Source: a virus (Duplodnaviria; Heunggongvirae; Uroviricota; Caudoviricetes). Taken from it: a stretch of 40,877 nucleotides of DNA. Below are positions 19,578 to 27,640 of the stretch, one piece after another (position 1 is the first letter of the stretch; each line of letters begins with the position of its first letter). The notes beneath the pieces were generated by a model that was not told the DNA's origin, searched no databases, and saw only the letters and a list, made by a program, of their open reading frames with translations. The stretch lies in the IMG/VR virus record IMGVR_UViG_3300024269_000017; one strand, written 5' to 3'. Both the position numbers and the translations under genes were made by a program.

Positions 19578-20060
19578 ATGCGATATGCTAACGTAATTTG
19601 GAATGACATTGTTGCCGGCGACGGTTTATGTGTGTCATTTTATACGCAAGGTTGTCCGCATCGGTGTCCGGGTTGTCATAACCCGGAGACCTGGGACTTT
19701 GAAGGAGGACAAGAATTCCCCGCATCCCTTTTGGACGACCTAATCCGAGGTCTTACCGCACAAGGTATTCAAAGACCCTTGTGCATCCTAGGCGGTGAAC
19801 CGCTTTGTCCCGAGAATATTTTTCTTACTACACTATTAATTCGTACAGTGCGGGACAAGCTACCAGATACGCCTATATATGTGTGGACTGGTTATCTTTA
19901 TGAAGATCTTCAAAAGATAGGTTCATCCCCACATTTATCATATATCCTTGATAACATTGACTATTTGATTGATGGCCCATATGATGCGACTAAGAGAAAT
20001 ATTACTCTTGGTTTGCGTGGTAGCGAGAATCAGAGAGTTTTCAAGTTTGACAGAAAATAA
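19578..20060 (+). CDS. nrdG: Anaerobic RNR activating radical SAM enzyme
   Basis: GCPHRCPGCHN, LGGEP, LIDGPY, LRGSENQR; directly follows nrdD. Confidence 0.95.
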   Translation: MRYANVIWNDIVAGDGLCVSFYTQGCPHRCPGCHNPETWDFEGGQEFPASLLDDLIRGLTAQGIQRPLCILGGEPLCPENIFLTTLLIRTVRDKLPDTPIYVWTGYLYEDLQKIGSSPHLSYILDNIDYLIDGPYDATKRNITLGLRGSENQRVFKFDRK

Positions 20061-20075
20061 ATTTTATGATATAAT
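20047..20075 (+). promoter_or_regulatory. Consensus sigma70 promoter with extended -10
   Basis: TTGACA 20047-20052, 17 bp, TG-A-TATAAT 20070-20075. Confidence 0.85.
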
Positions 20076-20105
20076 TGATATATCAAGAGAAAAAGGAGAA
20101 TTCTC

Positions 20106-20669
20106 ATGAAGGAAACACCTAATGCTATTTATATGGAGCCTGAAGAGTATGAGGCTTACTTAAAGGAGCAAGAGGAAAAGCAAGAAAAACTTAAGGCGTA
20201 TTATGAGTCCTTGAAAGAAGGTAATGATAATGTTGATGGTCCAAGTCTATATGAATTGAACCAGCAAATTATTGCAAAAATGCCTGCTCTGGACGGCGAC
20301 GGGGTGCGCGATTGCTCTGGGAAAATTTTAAAGTGGTTGGACACACATCCCGATCCTTATTATATGCTCCTATGTAATGAGCTTAGTTATTACACTTTAT
20401 TCCATATTACTTCTGCAAAGTATAATGCTGGCGGCAACTTGATGATTAGTCGAGGTGCAATGCGAGATTTAACAGATGAAATTCTTGATATTGTTGCTAA
20501 TCTTGGTGATGTACGCGTTATTGAAGAAGATAATAATGGAGCAATTTCTGTGTGGAGTTCTCTCAAGCCCGCACATTATGAAGCACTATCTGATGAAGCT
20601 AAAGCAGAAGCTGACATCGTACATTGTTTCTATTTATTCCCATATGGAAGGGGAGTCGTTGAAGTATGA
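20106..20669 (+). CDS. Hypothetical protein (187 aa)
   Basis: AAGGAG RBS, ORF downstream of a promoter. Confidence 0.75.
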   Translation: MKETPNAIYMEPEEYEAYLKEQEEKQEKLKAYYESLKEGNDNVDGPSLYELNQQIIAKMPALDGDGVRDCSGKILKWLDTHPDPYYMLLCNELSYYTLFHITSAKYNAGGNLMISRGAMRDLTDEILDIVANLGDVRVIEEDNNGAISVWSSLKPAHYEALSDEAKAEADIVHCFYLFPYGRGVVEV

Positions 20670-20926
20670 ACTCTGCATATTGGATGACTAATAAATTTAC
20701 AAATCATTCTTCTGTATTAATTCACACAAAAGAAAATACTGCAAGAGTAGATTTGTTTGGTGAGACTATTGAAGATCATATTATGTCTTTGGCAAATGTA
20801 ATTGCCTCATATGGTCTTACTACTGTTAAAACAGATAAAGAATATTTGGTGTTTGAAGCACCACTAAATGCTCTACTTGCACAAAATTATAATTATCAGA
20901 ATGGCGTAAAATTGGAGGAAGTCTAA
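20666..20926 (+). CDS. Hypothetical protein (86 aa)
   Basis: ATGA overlap with the upstream gene. Confidence 0.65.
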   Translation: MNSAYWMTNKFTNHSSVLIHTKENTARVDLFGETIEDHIMSLANVIASYGLTTVKTDKEYLVFEAPLNALLAQNYNYQNGVKLEEV

Positions 20927-20927
20927 G

Positions 20928-21158
20928 ATGAAGTATTTGCTGAATGTTGTTGAAACTTACCGTGTTGATACCGTAGAAGAGGCTCTGGCTATGCGCGATG
21001 AAATGGCCGCAGCTCATGAATATGAACTTCAGTCTTTCCAGTATACTACCAAGTTTAATAAAAAGACTGAAGAAGAGTATCAGGTTGTAAAAGCTAAGAA
21101 GGTTATCAATAGTGAAAAGGAACCCAATTGTGGGGTAATGGTGCGATATGAATATTGA
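20928..21158 (+). CDS. Hypothetical protein (76 aa)
   Basis: GGAGG RBS, tight packing. Confidence 0.7.
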   Translation: MKYLLNVVETYRVDTVEEALAMRDEMAAAHEYELQSFQYTTKFNKKTEEEYQVVKAKKVINSEKEPNCGVMVRYEY

Positions 21159-21738
21159 TGCGACTTTTGAAAAGATTAGTAAATATGCTGATGACAACTT
21201 GGTCGTCATCCCAACTCGCAAAACTGCCGAGTCAGCGGGGTACGACTTTTGTGCAGCAGAAGATACGATAATTCCTCCATTTGTTGAGATGGTCGAAGAT
21301 GCAATGCTTGAGGATATTAACTCTCGCAAAGCGCAGTATGCCGATGTAAAAGAGTTTATGGCAGCTGAATACCCTTATACTCTCGACAAGATTGCGGCGA
21401 TCACTAAGCAGTATGATGCTAAGGTCGCTCTTGTGCCAACTGGTATTAAGTGTAAGATTCCGGGTGGTTATTATCTTCAGCTAAGTGTACGTAGTTCTTT
21501 GCCGCTTAAGCACTGGTTGATTCTGGGTAATGGTGTTGGTATCATCGACGCGGATTATTATAATAACCCAGATAATGAAGGACATATTTATTTCCAGATC
21601 ATTAATCTGTTACCGGTTCCCATTAAGATTCAGAAGGGTGAATGCTTCGGTCAGGGTGTTCTTCTTCCTTATGGTGTTGCTACTGGTGACAATGTAACCG
21701 CTACTCGCGAGGGCGGATTCGGTTCTACCAATGGGTAA
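21148..21738 (+). CDS. dut: Trimeric dUTPase
   Basis: SAGYDF, VRSS, GIIDADYY, REGGFGST motifs. Confidence 0.92.
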   Translation: MNIDATFEKISKYADDNLVVIPTRKTAESAGYDFCAAEDTIIPPFVEMVEDAMLEDINSRKAQYADVKEFMAAEYPYTLDKIAAITKQYDAKVALVPTGIKCKIPGGYYLQLSVRSSLPLKHWLILGNGVGIIDADYYNNPDNEGHIYFQIINLLPVPIKIQKGECFGQGVLLPYGVATGDNVTATREGGFGSTNG

Positions 21739-22219
21739 GATTATATTAGCTTTAGATCAGGCCACTCGCGACAGCGGGTGGTCTATCTTTGATAATGGAG
21801 AACTGATCGACTTCGGCCACTGGAGTTTCTCCCACGACGACGTAGCAATGCGTATCCATAGGCTTTGCTAGGAAATTGAGAAGAAAATTGAGGAATATGA
21901 ACCAGAGCTCATCGCTATTGAAAATATTTAGCTACAGTAGAACGTAGAGATGTTTCAAAAGCTAGCTTGGGTTCAAGGTGCTTTAATGCGCACCTGCGTT
22001 GCAAAAGGAGTTCCATATTAGTTAGTTCGTCCGTCCGAGTGGCGTGCGGAATGTGCTTTCCTTAAAGGCAATGATAAACATAGAGATAATCAAAAAAAAG
22101 TTGCGCAAACCTGGGTAATGGAAACCTTCGGTAAGAAATGTACGCAAGATGAATCGGATGCGATTTGTATTGGTTATGCTCTATCTAAACAAGAGGATAA
22201 CAATTGGGATTTTGAATGA
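21731..22219 (+). CDS. ruvC: RuvC-like Holliday junction resolvase (162 aa; four in-frame TAG read as Gln); absent from the ORF track
   Basis: MGKIILALDQATRDSGWS...IAIEN...PSEWR...DESDAICIG. TAG at 21869, 21929, 21938 and 22019; ends TGA 22217-22219. Confidence 0.88.
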
Positions 22220-22284
22220 TTGGGCTAATTAGGTTCACTCTTTTCTCTTGATTTTTATAATCAGAGAAAGGGGATGACTTTTGC

Positions 22285-22806
22285 ATGGAGTATGATTTAT
22301 TTGATTATTTCCTCAAATGGCTCATTCCATTCGTCTGTTCAGGTCTCTTCGCGGCAATCGTTATTCCAGTATGGAACAGATATAAGCATGGACGCGACGC
22401 AGAATTAAAAGACAAATGGAATGTATATGCACAAGAAACCAAGAATGATATTGAAGCATTCAAAATCGAATCCAAAAAGAAAGACGTTGAATTAGAAAAG
22501 AAAATTGTCGACGTCTAGACTGCACTGCTTGATAAGATCGAACAAAATACCGCTGGTATACGTCAGGCGATTTTGCAGTCTCATTTAAGAGAATTGATTA
22601 TTGATGGTAAAATGTATCTAAAGAATGAATATATTACTCTTGAGCAATTGGCAGATTATGAGGAACGTTTCTTAACTTATAAGACACTAGGCGGTAACGG
22701 ACATGTGGATCCATGGATCGCTAAAATTCGTCAATTGCCTAATACTCCTCCGGAGCAAGTGGAAGAAACCGATTTTTCCGCACGCTCTAAATATCATCAT
22801 GTGTAA
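22285..22806 (+). CDS. Membrane-anchored coiled-coil protein of the ...Y..LGGNG family (often labelled holin/lysis accessory); one TAG read-through
   Basis: ORFs 22285-22518 and 22573-22806 are in one frame, joined by TAG 22516-22518; N-terminal hydrophobic helix; YKTLGGNG motif. Confidence 0.75.
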
Positions 22807-22856
22807 AAAAAAATAAGGGAGACTAGATATTTTATCTAGTCTCCCTATTTTTTTTT
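22805..22856. terminator. Bidirectional intrinsic terminator at the convergence of the two gene arms
   Basis: A-run, stem AGGGAGACTAGATA/TATCTAGTCTCCCT, T-run. Confidence 0.9.
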
Positions 22857-22985
22857 ATGTTATATCGTCAAAAATCTAATTCGTATTAAATAAAATTTCT
22901 TTGCCAAATGTAGCAATTAAATCAGCGACCATTTCTTCTTGTTCTATAGTCATATTGACATTATAACTAAACATAGCAGCATGAA
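22855..22985 (-). pseudogene. C-terminal remnant of a phage HExxH-type hypothetical gene
   Basis: Frame reads IVHAAMFSYNVNMTIEQEEMVADLIATFGKEILFNTN(TAG)IFDDIT-TAA. The N-terminal half and HE residues expected for this family (recalled, not searched) are absent, and there is no RBS. Confidence 0.4.
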
Positions 22986-23219
22986 CTATTGACCGTATTT
23001 CCTGCGGAAAGCCTAAAATTCAGTATCGAAGTCCTTACCTTGCTCGCGCATAAGGTTGCGGGCAATCTGTTCAATTTCTGCACTTCTATTGTTTTTGGCC
23101 AAGTTCAATAGATTTACTCCCATTGGAGTATTTTGCATACCCTGTAACAGATTCATCATTACTTGTTGCGGGTTCTAACCATTTTTAATCATACCGATAA
23201 TCTAGTTCATCTGAACCAT
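22950..23219 (-). CDS. Met/Gln/Asn-rich small hypothetical protein (TAG=Gln)
   Basis: GAGGAGG RBS; MVQMN*IIGMIKNG*NPQQVMMNLLQGMQNTPMGVNLLNLAKNNRSAEIEQIARNLMREQGKDFDTEF*AFRRKYGQ (* = TAG); exact C-terminus uncertain (TAG 22986-22988 or TGA 22950-22952). Confidence 0.75.
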
Positions 23220-23236
23220 TCGTGCTTCCCCTCCTC

Positions 23237-23614
23237 TCAAAACTGGGATGCAACATCATTTAGCTATTGTTTAGTCTCCTTCGGTGGGATAATCATTTGA
23301 TTCATTGCCATTTGAATTTGCTACATTGCCTATTCAAATTCTTCTCTAGTTATAAAATTTAAATTGGCTTCATTAGTAAGAGGAATATTTTTTAGTTCGT
23401 ATACATTCAGCGCAGCCGTTCCATCCATATTGATTTGTTTAGTGTAAATTCGCTTATTAGCTAAGTCTGGAAAGTAAAACACTGAACCATCGAAGTCAAT
23501 TGAGGCGCCTCTGACTTCATCGAGAGAGGAGACTGGTCTTCCCTTTAATGCCATAGAAACGGGTCGGGAAGCCGGCTATTGAGCCTAAAAATAATTTGGA
23601 TAAGTTGGATACAT
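23237..23614 (-). CDS. Conserved phage hypothetical protein (125 aa; five TAG=Gln)
   Basis: MYPTYPNYF*AQ*PASRPVSMALKGRPVSSLDEV...DFDGSVFYFPDLANKRIYTKQINMDG...EEFE*AM*QIQ...; GAGGG RBS; ends TGA. Confidence 0.8.
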
Positions 23615-23799
23615 TTTATCCCTCTTTTCTGGAAGTTGTCTCTATCACTTCCATTATATAATGAAAATGCCGATAGATCCGTTGGTCACATTTGTCTCGT
23701 GGTAACTATGAGGATTACCCCTCTGGATGAAGGGTGCATTAGAAGATGTAGTCACAGGCAAGCTCTCTGTCTCGCGTCAAGGACACTTCTAACAACGAC

Positions 23800-23828
23800 A
23801 AAAAAGGGAGACCTTTAAAGGTCTCCCT
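23800..23828 (-). terminator. Intrinsic terminator after the lysis genes
   Basis: GGGAGACC-TTTAAA-GGTCTCCC followed by a T-run on the - strand. Confidence 0.85.
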
Positions 23829-23833
23829 GTTAA

Positions 23834-24238
23834 TTAACTAGCAGCTGCAAGCTTATTTACTTGTACCTGGGCTTCAATCAAAGTAGTCAAGTACTGATCG
23901 AAATCTCCAAGGGCACTAGCAAGATACTCTTTAGCATCATCTGTAAGAATGGCTAAAACCGCACTCTTAGTCATTTCAAAAGCTTTCTTCTGTGCCTCAG
24001 GATCAAAAGCATTTTGACCCTTAAGAGCATCTACATATGTTTGAGTTGTGGTTAAAACGCAATCGGTTACAGTCTCCTGTAACATAAGCACATACTTATC
24101 ATGCTTATCATTATCAACACGATTAATCAACTCGTTGCTCTTAGCATTAATAAACTTAATAAAATAAGTGCTCAATACAACCAAGAGCGGAATGATTACT
24201 AGTTCAAAAATTTGTTGAGCCATTTCCATCCATTCCAT
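23834..24238 (-). CDS. Probable holin (single N-terminal TM, LL-H-like)
   Basis: Hydrophobic IFELVIIPLLVVLSTYFIKFI, then amphipathic helices; AAGGAGG RBS; downstream of endolysin. Confidence 0.65.
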   Translation of the reverse strand: MEWMEMAQQIFELVIIPLLVVLSTYFIKFINAKSNELINRVDNDKHDKYVLMLQETVTDCVLTTTQTYVDALKGQNAFDPEAQKKAFEMTKSAVLAILTDDAKEYLASALGDFDQYLTTLIEAQVQVNKLAAAS

Positions 24239-24250
24239 AAAAAGACCTCC

Positions 24251-24604
24251 TTATCCGCAAGACTCCTCATCAGTCTCAGGATCTTGACCTACTTGCTCAC
24301 GCAGTAGGGCTGTAATAAGTTTTCTTTGTGTGTCTAACTTAATTTCATTTTCAGCTTTTGCTTTATATGAATAAAAACCGGTCACTGTCGCACACTCAGC
24401 AAAGACCGCGGGAATTAGGTACATAAGCGCATCAATGTTATTAAAATACCACATTGCAATGCAAGAAAAGATGGTGATGGCAAGAGTGACAGCGCAAACT
24501 GCGATCACAAGAATTTTGCTGAAAGACCATTTCTTCTCCACCTTGGGAGAAAAAATGGTTTCAACATATTGAGTAGTCGCGCTTTTAATTCTGCGAGGAA
24601 TCAA
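24251..24604 (-). CDS. Two-TM membrane protein, probable holin/antiholin
   Basis: Two hydrophobic stretches, then FYSYKAKAEN and an acidic tail; TTG start abutting the endolysin stop. Confidence 0.6.
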   Translation of the reverse strand: MIPRRIKSATTQYVETIFSPKVEKKWSFSKILVIAVCAVTLAITIFSCIAMWYFNNIDALMYLIPAVFAECATVTGFYSYKAKAENEIKLDTQRKLITALLREQVGQDPETDEESCG

Positions 24605-26575
24605 TTAAGCAACCGCCTTTGCAAGAGCTTCCCAAGTCTTGGGACCGCAAATGCCATCGACCTTAATATTTACTTTCTTCTGGAATGCGCGAACTGCATT
24701 CACAGTTTTAGTGCCATAGTCACCATCAATACCATCTTTATTTTCGCCATAAGTACCAAGATCATATCCAAGTTTCTTCAAATTAGTTTGAAGAATTTTT
24801 ACATAATCATTTTCAGCGCCTTTACGGATTGTTGGATATTTACTGAAATCAAGAGAAGGAGTGATTACGTTTTCATTATCATCATCAGAATCATCCTTAC
24901 CTTGCGCAGCTTGAAGCTTTTTAAGAAGTTCTGCATCAACAATACCATCTGCCAAGATGCCATTATCACGTTCAAATTCTTTAACTGCAGTTGCGGTTTG
25001 AGAACCAAACTGACCATCAGCCTTATCTTCAAGTTCATATCCCAAATCCATTAAGATTTCCTGAAGTTCTTCAACATCAGCGCCAGTCATACCTTCTTTC
25101 AAAGGTAGACGCTCGCCAAGATCATAATCAGTCTTTTCGCCATCAAAAACAAGGAATGTATTCATAACATAACCATACTTGCCGTCAAAATAAGTTTTGC
25201 TCCAAGTTTCTTCACGCTCGTAAACATTAACCTTCTGGCCTTTAGGAATGCGAGCAAGAATGGACGCAGAGGTTGATTTGCCAGCACGCAAATTGAGTCT
25301 TCCAGAGACTGTAGTTACTACCGCAGTAGCAATAGGCTTAGGAGCTTCTACTTCTGGTTCTTCTGCTTTATATTCTCCAGATACGTATTTAATACCCGGA
25401 AATTCATACCAATCAGTCCAAGGACGTTTATTTAAATCGGTAATGATAATACCCTTAGCAAACCCATAAGCTTCAACAACTTTACCATTACCAATATAAT
25501 AGCCAACATGACCATCCTTGCGCACAGCAAGCCCAGGCACTTCTGGGATAGTTGCAATCTTACCATATTTTAAACCCTTGCTCTTGGCATAAGTGAACAT
25601 ACTATTTGCAGATTTATCAGGGCAGTTATTTCCATATTTACTCTTGAAGGTCTTATCAGTACCAATAGATTCGATAACACCTTCACCGCCATAAGTCCAA
25701 TTGTATCCTTTACCAAGTCCCACACAATCAGCAGAAACCATCTTCTTAGAAATGTGAGATTTATATGTAGCAGTACGATCACTACCATAATGAGAAGGAT
25801 ATTGATTAGTTTTACTCTTTAAAGTAGAAGTTGTACATTTATATACACAAGTGCCATACCAATATGGCTGGCCAACCATTGCTTTCAAAAATTCTACAAA
25901 ATGTAAGTTAGTATATTTTTCATATTGAGACATAACATTCCCTCCTTGGGGTTTACCTTCCGTCGTCCCGACGATAGGTTCGCTCGGTTGGGTTACCACT
26001 ACCTCGCCATAATTCTTGCGAATTTCTGTACCTGGATAGTAGAATGCCAAAATTTCATCATATTTAACACCAATAGAAGCTGCATACTTAGCGCCGGTTT
26101 GACTCATACCAACACCATGTCCATTCTTCTTGCCCTATGAGACGGCATAATCCCACGGGTCTTCTTGGGCGATTAAATATGCTCGCTTTCCGCCCCACTT
26201 TTCCTCACTTGAGTAGGTGCGGCCGCCGTTCATAGCACTGTAATGTGCATTTGTAACGATCTTGTTATTATAATAAAGAACTTCACCCTTCGTCTCTTCA
26301 ACTGCTTGATGTGCTCTTGCATATGAATTAGAGAAGCGTGAAGCGCGGAATGCCTAATCTGTTGAGGATTTGTCGCTAATAGATCCTTTACTCTAATAGC
26401 GATATAAAGCGAAAGTGCGGGCCGCAACAGCTTGAGCTTTACCTGCTTCAAGAGCAGCATTACCTACTTCTGCGGGAACCACACCTTTTAGATATTCTTC
26501 AATATCAATTTCAATTTCATCTTTACCATAATAGTCAAGATTTTCGGAGCGAGTAAGTTTTACTTTAATTAGCAT
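24605..26575 (-). CDS. Modular endolysin: SpoIID/LytB domain + NlpC/P60 peptidase + SH3 + two PG-binding domains (656 aa; three TAG=Gln)
   Basis: EEYLKGVVPAEVG, KAQAVAARTFA, GHGVGMSQTGA, EILAFYYPG (SpoIID); ADCVG and GHVGYYIG (NlpC/P60); LNLRAGKS...IPKG (SH3); two DG.FG/YG..T..AV..F repeats. TAGs at 26393, 26354 and 26135 join ORF 26393-26575 to ORF 24605-26107. Confidence 0.88.
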
Positions 26576-26589
26576 GCTTATTCCTCCTT

Positions 26590-26625
26590 AAAAAAAGAAG
26601 AGGGTTGTTTATTACAACCCTCTTT
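26590..26625 (-). terminator. Intrinsic terminator closing the radical SAM operon
   Basis: Stem AAGAGGGTTGT/ACAACCCTCTT, then a T-run on the - strand. Confidence 0.85.
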
Positions 26626-26628
26626 ACA

Positions 26629-26943
26629 TTATTCAACAATCTTCTTTAAGCGAAGATTTACTTCACGACGGTCAATTTCTTCATTCATGGTATCAAACAA
26701 AGTATCAATCTTGAAATTATCAACCACATCGTACAAGAGCTCACCGTTCTTATCAAAAACATGTACAGCCTTAATAGTGATACCAACATAAGACTTAATA
26801 TCTTCGATGGTGTCTGCAAGACTAGCTGCTGTGTTATCAAGGTAGCAGTTAAAATCATTGCCGAGCTCGCCATTTTCAATATGGCTATAATTTACGCTAC
26901 GAACGTCATAACGTGTTGCAGAATCGTTGAAACTAATAAACAT
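26629..26943 (-). CDS. Hypothetical protein (104 aa), last gene of the rSAM operon
   Basis: AAGGAGA RBS; acidic, no recognised motif. Confidence 0.75.
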   Translation of the reverse strand: MFISFNDSATRYDVRSVNYSHIENGELGNDFNCYLDNTAASLADTIEDIKSYVGITIKAVHVFDKNGELLYDVVDNFKIDTLFDTMNEEIDRREVNLRLKKIVE

Positions 26944-26959
26944 GTTTTATTCTCTCCTT

Positions 26960-27640
26960 TTAGTTTGCTGGTGGAGGTGGTGGAGGCGGGGGAGGATTAC
27001 ATCCACACTCCTCGGGTTTACTTCCATTCCAATCAGAGTTTTTTGGCCCTTCCTCAGGCTTTACTAAACCAAGCGCAGTTAAATAAGTTTGAGAAAGGCG
27101 AAGAGAAGCAGGACGAGACTGACGCCAAGATCTGAGTTCTTTAACAATGCTAGAAGAAGCTTGCATTAATTCAAGATAACCAGCGCCCATTTGTGCCAAT
27201 GTATATGTTGGCGCAAGAGTGTCTTGAATCAAACCAATGCGCTGGGCAATAGTCTGACTACGTTCATCTTCTGGACCATTAGACAATTTAAAGTCTAAAT
27301 AGTTACCAAATACAGAGCAATATTGATGAACAATCGCGCACCAGGCACTCATAAAATCATTCCAGGGAAGCTTATCCTCAGTAAGAATAAGAGTTGGAAA
27401 TTCATGTTCAATACGAATGAACATGTCTAAAGTGTCCTGAGAAATTGTAAATGCACCATCGTCCTCTCCCGGTTCCCAAGCTGTGATGGCATCAATTTGC
27501 TCCAATACTCTAATCATAATTAATGAAAGTTGCGGCTGAATGGCTGTTAAAATACGACCAATAGGACCCAAAGTATCAATTTCTTTCATCACATGATAGC
27601 GGGCCTCGCCATAAGAAAAATTACGAATTTCAGTTAACAT
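26960..27640 (-). CDS. Hypothetical protein (226 aa) with C-terminal ECGC and poly-Pro
   Basis: Overlaps the rSAM stop; ends KPEECGCNPPPPPPPPPAN. Confidence 0.8.
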   Translation of the reverse strand: MLTEIRNFSYGEARYHVMKEIDTLGPIGRILTAIQPQLSLIMIRVLEQIDAITAWEPGEDDGAFTISQDTLDMFIRIEHEFPTLILTEDKLPWNDFMSAWCAIVHQYCSVFGNYLDFKLSNGPEDERSQTIAQRIGLIQDTLAPTYTLAQMGAGYLELMQASSSIVKELRSWRQSRPASLRLSQTYLTALGLVKPEEGPKNSDWNGSKPEECGCNPPPPPPPPPAN

